A DNA stretch of 64,000 nt from Candidatus Thorarchaeota archaeon (GTDB lineage Archaea > Asgardarchaeota > Thorarchaeia > Thorarchaeales > Thorarchaeaceae): positions 102,527 to 166,526 of the forward strand of contig JBHLRP010000002.1 of NCBI GenBank assembly GCA_048882485.1. The letters run 5' to 3'. Shown piece after piece: positions 31,008-40,210 of this stretch (positions within the stretch are counted from its first letter, which is position 1; each line of letters begins with the position of its first letter). The notes beneath the pieces were generated by a model that had not been told where the DNA came from, made no database searches, and worked only from the letters and a program-made list of their open reading frames with translations. The translations under genes and the position numbers were made by a program.

Positions 31008-32153
31008 TCATTTTCTTCTAGCTAACTCTCTACGCAGACTCAGTGAGGCATCATAGAGGATTTCTGGCGGCGCAATTAGATACAGAAGATTTCTTGAGTA
31101 CCCCGACTCAAAGACTATGCTCTGAAATATCAGTGTCTGAAGACTCTTCTCGATGTCCTCTGGAATGAACCTTATGCCTAATTCTTCACATTTGATCATT
31201 ACAAGTTCGTTGAGGGTCTGTCTGTCAATGTATGTCTCAGTCTTGTATGTCATCAGATGTTGAGAAAGACTCTCTAGAACTAAGAGCGTCATGAAATCAT
31301 TCATGCTGATAGCATCGATAGTGTCCATGTAGTCCAAGTCCTGTGCTGCAGTGGTTATGTTCGAGGTGGCCGCCCGAACGGCGTCTGACGTTATCTCCTG
31401 ACCACTCGATGCCATGGGCCACAATGCCTTGAGGGCTTCAACAGAAGTCCTCGGCTTGCCAGCATCGAATTCAATGACGCAGTCGGTGATGTATCTAACA
31501 ACTTCTTCAGTAAGGCCAAGTGGAAACGTGTCCTCCACTCTTTGTCTGACTATCTCATAGAGCTGTGACTGAGTATAGGTGTCAAGAGGAATCTCAAAGT
31601 CATAAGCGACCTTGGTTGCTGGACCCTTTGTGAGCAGTCTGTAATCGTGACTGTTCAACACCCCAATCGTGCTGGCTCCAATCTCCTTTGAAAGATGCGC
31701 GAGCTTCGAATAGACCTCCTCATTTGCTTCATCGATTCCATCGATGACAAAGACGGTCTTCTTTGTCGCAGAAGCTGCCATTCTCTTGAACTGCATCCAG
31801 AGCACATCAAGATCGAACGCCACGGTGATTGGAGAATTGGTTTCCTGGTGTATCTTGTCGTTCAGCTCTGCAACAACTTCTAGGGTGTCCTTCCTGCGCG
31901 CATCAACATAGACAGTATACGCATCAAAATGCTGTGGCGTGAGTTTGGTTAGGAAGTACCTGCTGAAAACAGTCATGCCGACGCCGGTTATTCCATGGAC
32001 AAGGCAATTGACACCATAGTCCTCTTCGTAGCTGTCGCGGTATATCCCCTTAATCGCGTCAAGTTCTCTGTCTCGATGAAGGAGTTTCTCCGGGACGTGG
32101 TAAGGATCAAACAAGCCCTTAGGGCTTCGATTCTGACGGACCATTCCTATCAT
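31008..32153 (-). CDS. Cdc6/Orc1-family AAA+ paralog with degenerate Walker motifs
   Basis: N-terminal DPYHVPEKLLHRDREL, Walker A position GITGVGMT, Walker B position FVIDGIDE, YTQSQLYEIVRQR lid, C-terminal WH-like region. Start probably 32153 or 32144, downstream of a TATA box. Confidence 0.8.
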   Translation of the reverse strand: MIGMVRQNRSPKGLFDPYHVPEKLLHRDRELDAIKGIYRDSYEEDYGVNCLVHGITGVGMTVFSRYFLTKLTPQHFDAYTVYVDARRKDTLEVVAELNDKIHQETNSPITVAFDLDVLWMQFKRMAASATKKTVFVIDGIDEANEEVYSKLAHLSKEIGASTIGVLNSHDYRLLTKGPATKVAYDFEIPLDTYTQSQLYEIVRQRVEDTFPLGLTEEVVRYITDCVIEFDAGKPRTSVEALKALWPMASSGQEITSDAVRAATSNITTAAQDLDYMDTIDAISMNDFMTLLVLESLSQHLMTYKTETYIDRQTLNELVMIKCEELGIRFIPEDIEKSLQTLIFQSIVFESGYSRNLLYLIAPPEILYDASLSLRRELARRK

Positions 32154-32172
32154 GGATTCGTCTTGGTTGAGG

Positions 32173-32180
32173 TATATAAA
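32173..32180 (-). promoter_or_regulatory. TATA box for the cdc6-like gene
   Basis: Minus strand reads GGGG-TTTATATA-CC, 20-30 nt before ATGs at 32153/32144; argues against the ORF-track start at 32195. Confidence 0.55.
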
Positions 32181-32222
32181 CCCCCTAAGAGACATCGCCG
32201 AAAGTATTCTCGCCTTTTCTAG

Positions 32223-33560
32223 CTACACCATTGAGCTCAGGACGTCGTTGCATGCTTCATCAAGGATGAAACTATTGAACCCGCCCCCAATGGTCTCTCG
32301 AAGCTCGTTTAGACGAGCTGACTTAGCCTTGTCATCAAAGGGCCACTTATGCTCTGGCTTAGGCGTCACCCCAAGAGAGTCGCATTTTTCGACTATGTCA
32401 AGAATGGTCTGCAACAGCTGATTTCCAGTCTTGCCTTCTGGCCGAATCTCTCTAGAATGCATGATGATGCCGTACGCTGCACTGTTGTCGCCCAAGTACC
32501 ACTTGCTAGGGGCGTGACCATATTTTCCAAATGGCACAAGATCATTGCTCCTCAGCAAGCCATCAATTTCATCCAAAGTGTGCTGCATATTCCTCAGACT
32601 ATCCTCATGAAAGCCATAGCCCTCAAACAACGCGAATTGGACACCTTCCTTTGGATTTCGCTTAGGCAGTTTGATTCTAATGTCCTTCATCCGTTCAAAC
32701 TCATCTTTTTCAAGCCGTTTGAAGTCAACAAACTGCTCTAACTCTGACTCATAGTCCTCTGGATATTGAAGGATGAGGAGTGGTGGATTGAAACCTTCGC
32801 GAACATCTGGATGGGCCATCACAATAGTTTCTCCATAGCGAATCGGACTCTTCCGCTTAATCATCCCATCTACTGCTTGACCAAGAGCGTCGTATCCAGG
32901 GAACTCGGCCAATGAACCAACTAGAGCCTCACTGACCAACGGTCGGATTACGAGCTTCAATTCAGTGATGAATCCTAGAGTGCCATGAGAGCTAGCGACA
33001 TCGTGAATGGTCATTCCTTTCTTGTTGAGTTCTCCTTCAAGCTCAGGGTCGTCTGATTTGACCCCCTCATGACTCACCGTGAGCTTTCGGCCATCATAAG
33101 TGACCATCTTCACCTTGATGGTATTATCCCTCATTGTGCCATTGACCCATGTATCATTGCCACCACCATCTGTAGAAAGGATTCCTCCCACAGTAGCTAT
33201 ATCTCTACTGCTGGGTGCCACAAACAGCTTCATTCCCATCGGTTCAAGAACTGCATTGATTTCATCAGGACTCAGTCCAGGCTGGACATCGACAAAACCC
33301 ATGTCCTTTGAGATAGCAAGCATCTCTGTCATCTGCAGGCTGCTCATCATGATGCGATCAGTATCCCCGCCTGTGCAAGCTCCACTGAGGCCGGACCCGC
33401 CACCCTTAGGTGTGACATCATACCCATTTTCACGGGCAAATGAAATGGCAGCCAGCACATCAGCTTCAGTCTTAGGATAGTAGACTCCCCTTATCTTCTT
33501 GAAGTTCAATCTATAGTACATCGACGCGTTAGCACCGATGGCAATATCCCTCAGCTTCAT
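32223..33560 (-). CDS. FAD-linked oxidoreductase (GlcD / D-lactate dehydrogenase-like)
   Basis: P.GGGSGLSG, PSSRDIATVGGILST, SSHGTLGFITE. ATG 33560 has GGAGG upstream and lies 1 nt after the upstream stop. Confidence 0.82.
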   Translation of the reverse strand: MKLRDIAIGANASMYYRLNFKKIRGVYYPKTEADVLAAISFARENGYDVTPKGGGSGLSGACTGGDTDRIMMSSLQMTEMLAISKDMGFVDVQPGLSPDEINAVLEPMGMKLFVAPSSRDIATVGGILSTDGGGNDTWVNGTMRDNTIKVKMVTYDGRKLTVSHEGVKSDDPELEGELNKKGMTIHDVASSHGTLGFITELKLVIRPLVSEALVGSLAEFPGYDALGQAVDGMIKRKSPIRYGETIVMAHPDVREGFNPPLLILQYPEDYESELEQFVDFKRLEKDEFERMKDIRIKLPKRNPKEGVQFALFEGYGFHEDSLRNMQHTLDEIDGLLRSNDLVPFGKYGHAPSKWYLGDNSAAYGIIMHSREIRPEGKTGNQLLQTILDIVEKCDSLGVTPKPEHKWPFDDKAKSARLNELRETIGGGFNSFILDEACNDVLSSMV

Positions 33561-33561
33561 C

Positions 33562-34674
33562 TTATTCGTCGCCTCCTTTGCTGGCATCCGCCATGAGTTC
33601 TATAATGTCCCTAGTTTTGTTGTCACTTGCAAGTAGCTGTTCACGACATGATGGACACGCGGTTACTACAACAGTATCCCTTAGCTTTTCCTTAGCTGCT
33701 CTGGCTTGAATGATAATCTCGCTTAATCCGGGATCCGTCATCCTGAGGAGTCCTCCACCTCCGCAGCAACTGGCTTCCATTTCACGATAATCCACGCCGA
33801 GTTTCTTTAAGAGTGACCTTGGCTCGGTCTTAATGCCAAGAATTCTATGGAGCTCGCAAGGATCGTGATACGCCAACTCCTCTGTTTGCTTGTACTTGGG
33901 TGTGGTTTCCATCTTCTGGTCAAAGAACTGGGTATGGTGAAGCGCCTCTACATTCTCAAGATTGTGATGCTCTCTCAGCTGGATTAGACAGCCTGGGCAA
34001 CATGTTACCACTCTCTTCGCCTGTGCATCTCGAATCACTGTCCTGTTGTGTTCTCGGAGATCCTCTGCACCTTTCTCATCGCCCATCAGATAGAGTGGAT
34101 GACCGCAGCAATTCTCCTCAGCTCCCATGATTAGGTAATCTTCACCAATATCCTCTAGCATCATAAATAGAGACCTTACTACATCCATCTGACTTCCACG
34201 AAACGACATGAGGCAGCCAAGGAAGACCATTGTATCAGCAGTCTTGCCCTTCTCATAGAGTCGATCTGCAAGTCCTGGGATGTCATCTTCCAGCTCATCA
34301 AGCCAGTAAATAGCTCTGTCCTCAGGGTCCAGCCCGTAAATGTTCGCTACATTGGCCAGAGCATCCTTCAGAGTGTCTAGATACTCAAATTCCTCGGGTG
34401 CGGTTTCGATAGCCTTTGCCCTCTGTTCATGCCAAACTCGAAGCAGATCCACGTCGGACGAGCAAATCTCTGAGCATCTGCCACACATGCTGCATTGAAA
34501 AAGCAATTGCCTGAACTCCTTTGCGAGTTCTTCGTCATCCTCGATTTGGTCCATTATCTGCAACATGTACGCCTTTCCACGAGGTGAGTACTGCTCTTCA
34601 CCTACTGCATCAAATAGGGGGCAGAACTTGACGCATGATCCACACCTTACACACTTATCGTATGATGATGACAT
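33562..34674 (-). CDS. Fe-S oxidoreductase with two 4Fe-4S motifs and two CCG domains (GlcF/HdrD-like)
   Basis: CVRCGSCVKFCP, CSMCGRCSEIC, NCCGHP, TCCPGC, YHDPC, CCGGGG, TACPSC. Confidence 0.88.
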   Translation of the reverse strand: MSSSYDKCVRCGSCVKFCPLFDAVGEEQYSPRGKAYMLQIMDQIEDDEELAKEFRQLLFQCSMCGRCSEICSSDVDLLRVWHEQRAKAIETAPEEFEYLDTLKDALANVANIYGLDPEDRAIYWLDELEDDIPGLADRLYEKGKTADTMVFLGCLMSFRGSQMDVVRSLFMMLEDIGEDYLIMGAEENCCGHPLYLMGDEKGAEDLREHNRTVIRDAQAKRVVTCCPGCLIQLREHHNLENVEALHHTQFFDQKMETTPKYKQTEELAYHDPCELHRILGIKTEPRSLLKKLGVDYREMEASCCGGGGLLRMTDPGLSEIIIQARAAKEKLRDTVVVTACPSCREQLLASDNKTRDIIELMADASKGGDE

Positions 34675-34751
34675 TGTAGATTCTCCATGACTGAGAGCTA
34701 TAGCATCGCCGAGCTGCAGCAATTTTAGTCTTGCTGATAGCTGCTTTTTTG

Positions 34752-34790
34752 ACTAGAAAAAGAGAGGGGTTGCGGCGGATTATCCGCCGC
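34752..34790 (-). terminator. Palindrome plus pyrimidine tract after the malic enzyme gene
   Basis: Perfect inverted repeat GCGGCGGAT-N-ATCCGCCGC (34772-34790), followed on the minus strand by AACCCCTCTCTTTTTC. Confidence 0.65.
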
Positions 34791-34799
34791 TTGAAATTC

Positions 34800-36161
34800 C
34801 TATGTTTTGGGTGCTTTGGGTATGTAGCCTTCTTTATACAGCATCTCGGATGCAGCACGTGCGGTCCGAATGATATTCTCTGCATGCTTGTACAGGTCCT
34901 TCTCTTCCCAATGCTTCCTTGCAATGCCCTGCTCTATAGCTTTCATACCGACCGCAGTAGCCTCTAGTGGATAGAGTTCCCATTGGTCCATGGTCGGAAT
35001 GACCTTTCTCTCATTGGCCTCCTTGGCACCGAGATCCGCCAATGCTTTGGCTGCGGCAATACACATCTCATCAGTGATTGTCGTAGCCATTACATCTAGA
35101 GTTCCTCTAAAGATACCCGGAAATCCTAGCGAGTTATTGATTTGGTTATCAAAGTCGCTTCTGCCTGTACCCACTATTCTTGCACCCGCTTCCTTTGCAT
35201 CCCAAGGCCAGATTTCAGGCAATGGATTTGCACAGGCGTACACGATAGCGTCGGATGTCATCTTGGAAACCCACTCTTTCTTTACCGAGCCAGGCGTGGG
35301 TGTGGATGCAGTAATCAGGATGTCCATTCCCTCGATGACATCACCGAGGTTTCCAGTCATTCTGTCGGGATTGGTCTTCTGCGCCAGGTCGTACTTGAAT
35401 GCATCATAGTCTTTCTTTTCAACTATGTCCTCTCGGTCTGCATATATCGCACCTGTCCTATCAACCATTATGATGTTCTTGGGATCAACACCAGCTGAAA
35501 TCATCAAGTAGGCTGTTCGCGTATTAGCTGCGCCAACTCCGAGAAACGCAACCTTGACATTCTCAATGTCCTTCTTGACTACATTCAGACCTCCAAATAC
35601 GCCTGCGAGTACAACAGTTGCAGTCCCCTGCGCATCATCGTGCCATACAGGGATCTTTACATCCGGGTCATTCCTAAGCTCCTCTAGCACTCTGTAGCAC
35701 TTTGGTTTAGAGATGTCCTCGAGGTTGATTCCACCAAACGATGGCTGCAGAAGCTTAACGGTTCTGATGATTTCGTCAGCGTCCTTTGTGTCTAGGCATA
35801 TTGGCCAAGCATCCACGCCACCCAGATATTTGAATAGAATTGACTTCCCCTCCATGACAGGACCAGCTGCGTAAGGGCCAATATCCCCAAGGCCCAGTAC
35901 CCTGGTTCCATCACTCACTACAGCGACCATGTTACCTCGGTTGAGCATGTCATAGGAGGTCTCTTCATTCTCCTTAATCGCTAGGCAGGCCTTAGCCACA
36001 CCAGGAGTGTACCAGATTGCAAAATCAGAAAAGTCACGGACTGGTGCCTTTCCGATGCTCTGAATCTTCCCCTTGTAGAAGGGATGCAGTATCATGGCGT
36101 CCTTTCCCGGCTTCTCAGCCTTCTTCTTCAGTTCTTCAACTGTAAGTTTCTCTTCAGGCAT
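34800..36161 (-). CDS. mae: NAD(P)-dependent malic enzyme
   Basis: WYTPGVA, VSDGTRVLGLGDIGP, PVMEGK, INLEDI..P.C, HDDAQGT, ANPLPEI, TGRSDF.NQINN.LGFPGIFRG. Confidence 0.93.
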   Translation of the reverse strand: MPEEKLTVEELKKKAEKPGKDAMILHPFYKGKIQSIGKAPVRDFSDFAIWYTPGVAKACLAIKENEETSYDMLNRGNMVAVVSDGTRVLGLGDIGPYAAGPVMEGKSILFKYLGGVDAWPICLDTKDADEIIRTVKLLQPSFGGINLEDISKPKCYRVLEELRNDPDVKIPVWHDDAQGTATVVLAGVFGGLNVVKKDIENVKVAFLGVGAANTRTAYLMISAGVDPKNIIMVDRTGAIYADREDIVEKKDYDAFKYDLAQKTNPDRMTGNLGDVIEGMDILITASTPTPGSVKKEWVSKMTSDAIVYACANPLPEIWPWDAKEAGARIVGTGRSDFDNQINNSLGFPGIFRGTLDVMATTITDEMCIAAAKALADLGAKEANERKVIPTMDQWELYPLEATAVGMKAIEQGIARKHWEEKDLYKHAENIIRTARAASEMLYKEGYIPKAPKT

Positions 36162-36317
36162 TATATGGAGCCCCTTCATTTCACTAGACGCACCTAAATC
36201 GGTCCGTCACACAGGTACCGGGGCACATGCAGCTTCGATTAAAGTCTATGCCTTCTGGACTGATAGTCGCAAGAGCTATTTCATAAGCCTCTGGCATGAT
36301 TTCGATCGTGATGAGAA

Positions 36318-37061
36318 ATGCCTGGCATTGGTGATGATTTCTATCGAAAGTCAAAGTACACAAGAGGTAATCTTCCCAGACATAGACTAGATTGGAGCAG
36401 CAAGCCGTCAACCTACAAGAGCTATGATTCCGCTCAGAGAATTCAGCTGCCAACTCCATCCGTTGAAGGTGGTGGTGGTCTGTGGGACGTCCTCAGAAGC
36501 AGACGAAGCAGACGTGCCTATACCGATGAATCTCTGACTCTGGAGGATTTATCGCAAATAGTCTGGGCAACTCAGGGAGTCACTGCGCAGGTAGGCGATT
36601 ATGATCTCAGAACTGCTCCATCTGCAGGAGCTCTCTACCCCATTGAGACCTACCTCTGTGTCAATAGGGTCTCCGGTTTGGAGTCGGGTCTGTATCACTA
36701 TTCGGTTCCTAAACATGAGCTAGAGTTCATTAAGCCCGGTAAATTCGGCGGAAACGTCAGTAGAGGGGCACTTGATCAGAAGATGACGGAACGGGCAGCT
36801 GTAGTATTCATTTGGTCTGCAGTGTTTCAACGGTCAAAGTGGAAGTATCTTCAGCGTGCTTATCGGTATGTGTTCCTTGATGCCGGACATATAGCGCAGA
36901 ATCTTGCGTTGGCTGCAGAAGCACTTGGCTACGGTACATGTCAGATCGGGGCAATCTACGACGATGAGCTGAACCAGCTTCTGGACCTTGATGGTGAGGA
37001 GGAAAGTGTCATTTACTTGAGCACAGTAGCCCGCCCACAGAGACAGCATAAGCGCCCTTAG
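36318..37061 (+). CDS. SagB/ThcOx-family FMN-dependent nitroreductase
   Basis: RRSRRAY, RTAPSAGALYPIE, GLYHY, WKY..RAYRY..LDAGHIAQN. Confidence 0.88.
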   Translation: MPGIGDDFYRKSKYTRGNLPRHRLDWSSKPSTYKSYDSAQRIQLPTPSVEGGGGLWDVLRSRRSRRAYTDESLTLEDLSQIVWATQGVTAQVGDYDLRTAPSAGALYPIETYLCVNRVSGLESGLYHYSVPKHELEFIKPGKFGGNVSRGALDQKMTERAAVVFIWSAVFQRSKWKYLQRAYRYVFLDAGHIAQNLALAAEALGYGTCQIGAIYDDELNQLLDLDGEEESVIYLSTVARPQRQHKRP

Positions 37062-37531
37062 AGCTTAAGCCCCCAATAGTTCACTATCTGTGATGCGTGT
37101 TCTGATGAGCGTACTTTATCCTGCCCCTCAGAACCTCCAAAGATGGCTTCAATCTTTCCCTCTTCATTAATCAAGTATGTTATGCGCCTAACGCCAACTC
37201 CAATGACGCTCAGTTTGCTGTAGGCTCCATAGAGCTTGGCTATCTCTAGATTCTCATCCATCAGAATACTGAAAGGAAGATTGTATTTCCCTCTGAATTT
37301 CTGGTGTAGATCTGCTGACCCACCAGAAATTCCGAATATTGGTATGCCCGACCCCTCAAAAATCTGATAGCTGTCTCGAAGAGAGCATGCCTCAGCTGTG
37401 CACCCAGGTGTGAAGTCTTTGGGATAGAAGTAGAGGACTATCTTCTTTCCCCGGTAATCGCTAAGCTTGAACTTGCTACCTGTGTCGTCTTCGGTTTCGA
37501 AATTTGGAGCGTCGTCGCCTACGCGTAACAT
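37058..37531 (-). CDS. bcp: Peroxiredoxin, Bcp/PrxQ type
   Basis: LYFYPKDFTPGCTAEAC. Confidence 0.92.
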   Translation of the reverse strand: MLRVGDDAPNFETEDDTGSKFKLSDYRGKKIVLYFYPKDFTPGCTAEACSLRDSYQIFEGSGIPIFGISGGSADLHQKFRGKYNLPFSILMDENLEIAKLYGAYSKLSVIGVGVRRITYLINEEGKIEAIFGGSEGQDKVRSSEHASQIVNYWGLKL

Positions 37532-37542
37532 AACACCCGCTC

Positions 37543-38034
37543 CTACAGCTTGAGACCCCAGAACTTGATGACTTGATCCGCATGTTCTTTGGTCTTGACC
37601 TTCTCGATACCCTCTGGGCCACCGAATATTCCCTCCACTTTGCCTTCCTCATTGATGAGGAAGGTTGTTCGAACAATTCCCAGGTATTCCTTGCCATACA
37701 TCTTTTTTGTCTGGTAGACATCATAGAGCTTTGCTATCTCGAAATCCTCGTCCATAAGAAGCGGAAATGGAAGGTTGTTTTTATCCTTGAAACTCTGGTG
37801 TGATTTTGCACTTCCTCCAGAAACACCAAAGACAGGAATGTCATTTCCCTCGAAGACATTGTAGGCATCTCTGATTGAACATGCTTCAGCTTTGCATCCT
37901 GTAGTATTGTCTTTGGGATAGAAGTAGAGGAATACTTTCCTTCCCTTGTACGCGCTGAGCTTGAATTCATCTCCACTCTCTGTCTTTGTCTTGAAATCTG
38001 GAGCTTTATCACCAATTTTAATCATAATTGTCAT
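37543..38034 (-). CDS. bcp: Peroxiredoxin, Bcp/PrxQ type (tandem paralog)
   Basis: LYFYPKDNTTGCKAEAC; shares the C-terminal IFGG.EG..KV...EHA.Q....WGLKL with its neighbour. Confidence 0.92.
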   Translation of the reverse strand: MTIMIKIGDKAPDFKTKTESGDEFKLSAYKGRKVFLYFYPKDNTTGCKAEACSIRDAYNVFEGNDIPVFGVSGGSAKSHQSFKDKNNLPFPLLMDEDFEIAKLYDVYQTKKMYGKEYLGIVRTTFLINEEGKVEGIFGGPEGIEKVKTKEHADQVIKFWGLKL

Positions 38035-38166
38035 CCCACAGGAAAATTAATTATTGTTAATATTGCTGGAATAATTATTGATAAAGCTTGCTCTCTGGCA
38101 ATCCTCTGTCCTGAATCAGCAATCCTTAAAGAGAACATCATCTCGAATGGATGAGTCGATTGAGAA

Positions 38167-39165
38167 ATGTCTGCTAGTCCAGTTGTGTATAAGTCGGATT
38201 GGGGATTCATCATTGCCTTCAATGTTGGAATCGTATTGAACTTGGTAGTGGGCATTATTCTTTCATCAATCTATTTGCCCCTCCCATTCGATTTGGTGCT
38301 AGTGCTTTCACTGTTTCTTGGGTTCCCAACGCTCTCGGCAATCTTCGCCTATTTCATCGGTTGGTACACCAAGAAACACATTGCAGAATATACGCCACCA
38401 GACTGGGAATTCCAGCCAATTCAAATGAAGCTTGAACAGGTTCCTGAAATGGTCAATGAATACCACCGTGACTATAGGAGACTTGAGGCTAGGAGCAACT
38501 ATTGGACATATCACATCCCTCTAATTGTGATCATGCTGATATTCAGTTTCCCATTCTATCTGTCCTTTATCGACTCCAGCTTTCTGCTGTTGACTCAATA
38601 CATAGTTCCCATAGGACTGATACTCAATCATTCCGTCGCCTCCATCGGAGCGTTTTTTGCCACATCCAATGAAGCTTCAGAAGACTTCGCGCTCCCGTTG
38701 ATCAGAGAGGCACTCTGGCTTGGAAATGTGCAGTCCAAGGTTCCTGGGATCAGTCAACTCCGCCTAGTCTTGGATAAGGCGGTTCATGAGGGATTTCGAA
38801 TATATCGAGAGCCCCGAATTGTCATGCATATATCTGGGTTTGAGCATGATGCTTACATCGAGTCTTGGTCCGAGGATCTTAGGGCAATAGCAAGAGTGCT
38901 GTGTCGACTGTATGAGAGTGAAGGGCATGGCCAAGTAGTTTGGTGGTGGATCTCAACCGATCGCCATTTTCGGAAGTACACAGATGTGGAAGATACTGGC
39001 TACTATGTGCGTCTTCCTGTGCCATCTCAGGTGAAGGAATTGGGAGTAAGAGATGTACGCCTCGTGACAGAGAATGCGGTGGCAATTGTGCTGCTAGAGC
39101 TCTCATGGCTTCGAGGCGAATCAAATGAAATTGCTTCTCTCTTGGCAAACCTTGGCGTTGTTTAG
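38167..39165 (+). CDS. Hypothetical membrane protein (4 TM + soluble C-terminal domain), paralog 1 of 3
   Basis: Two hydrophobic helix pairs separated by a W..Y...Y..L linker shared with the next two ORFs. Confidence 0.75.
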   Translation: MSASPVVYKSDWGFIIAFNVGIVLNLVVGIILSSIYLPLPFDLVLVLSLFLGFPTLSAIFAYFIGWYTKKHIAEYTPPDWEFQPIQMKLEQVPEMVNEYHRDYRRLEARSNYWTYHIPLIVIMLIFSFPFYLSFIDSSFLLLTQYIVPIGLILNHSVASIGAFFATSNEASEDFALPLIREALWLGNVQSKVPGISQLRLVLDKAVHEGFRIYREPRIVMHISGFEHDAYIESWSEDLRAIARVLCRLYESEGHGQVVWWWISTDRHFRKYTDVEDTGYYVRLPVPSQVKELGVRDVRLVTENAVAIVLLELSWLRGESNEIASLLANLGVV

Positions 39166-39214
39166 TTTACACCAATAATACTCAACAATAAGGACTTCAA
39201 ACTGATTTCGAGGA

Positions 39215-40171
39215 TTGACAGTGACAGAGGAGCCAGTGACATATTCATCACTAGTGCCATATTACATTCTGCTCCTGGCAGTCCTTGTCATTTGGTCCTT
39301 TGCTGGTGTTGATGTTTCATCGTATCTCGTAGTGGGCCTATACTCAAATCCACTCGTCTGGGTTGCTTACTCAATAACCATAATGATAGCAATGGCTCCA
39401 ATTCTTTGGCTTATTGCCAGAACAATGAAGCAGCGGATATCCCTTAATCCCGATGTTTCCTGGATATTCCAGAGTCAGGAGCTTCAATATGATGAATATG
39501 CGGCAATGATGGCGGACTACAGTTCGGGATATTCGCATCTGATTTCAAGGAGTGATCAGAAACTCCTGATTGCTTCCTTTATTATACTGATTGTGGCTGT
39601 GATAGGACCCGTAGCACTTGCAGTTGTTTCAGTCAGTCTTGTCTTCATTCTTCCTTTTACCTACGGCGGACTGCAGATAATCTATGGAATCTTATTAACA
39701 ACATACTTCTATCGTAGTATCTCTAATGAAGCGAGTGCGCACTTCCACTATGAGAATCCCGAGCACTTGAAATCTGCTTGCATGCTGTTGGAAAAAACGC
39801 CAGGATTTGCTATGGTTGGGGTAGTATTCTCCATTGGAGAAGCAGGGGGATACTACGCATTTCGAAGTCCAGTTGCCATAGGTCGAATAGCTGGAATTGA
39901 GGCCGTCGCAAAAGTCGAGGTCAGTGTTGAAGATATATTTCCTCCAATGACCGCCTTTGGTACCGTTTCTTCTGCTTTGGAGGGTGAAGCATCCAAAAGA
40001 ATGATGGAACTTCAGCCAGGAGATGAGTTAAAACAATTGGAAGGAATCGTACGATGGTGTATCTCAACCTACGTTGAAGAGAATGGGAGCAATGAGATTC
40101 TGGATGAATTGATGGAAGAACTTGGCATTAAAATTCCATCAAGCAATGATGCCCCTCCTTCAATCGATTAG
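39215..40171 (+). CDS. Hypothetical membrane protein, paralog 2 of 3
   Basis: Same hydropathy layout and motifs (SNEAS..F) as the neighbouring ORFs. Confidence 0.75.
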   Translation: MTVTEEPVTYSSLVPYYILLLAVLVIWSFAGVDVSSYLVVGLYSNPLVWVAYSITIMIAMAPILWLIARTMKQRISLNPDVSWIFQSQELQYDEYAAMMADYSSGYSHLISRSDQKLLIASFIILIVAVIGPVALAVVSVSLVFILPFTYGGLQIIYGILLTTYFYRSISNEASAHFHYENPEHLKSACMLLEKTPGFAMVGVVFSIGEAGGYYAFRSPVAIGRIAGIEAVAKVEVSVEDIFPPMTAFGTVSSALEGEASKRMMELQPGDELKQLEGIVRWCISTYVEENGSNEILDELMEELGIKIPSSNDAPPSID

Positions 40172-40210
40172 CTTATCTCGACAATTGACCCTCAAATCAA
40201 AGTAGCAGGG

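Noticed and set aside
31008-32222. Replication origin next to the cdc6-like gene
   Set aside because: Flanking intergenic regions are very short, and I saw no ORB-like repeats or AT-rich unwinding element
36318-37061. SagB-type dehydrogenase as part of an azole RiPP cluster
   Set aside because: No YcaO/cyclodehydratase or precursor nearby; stand-alone SagB-like nitroreductases are common in archaea; it is about 17 kb from the radical SAM locus
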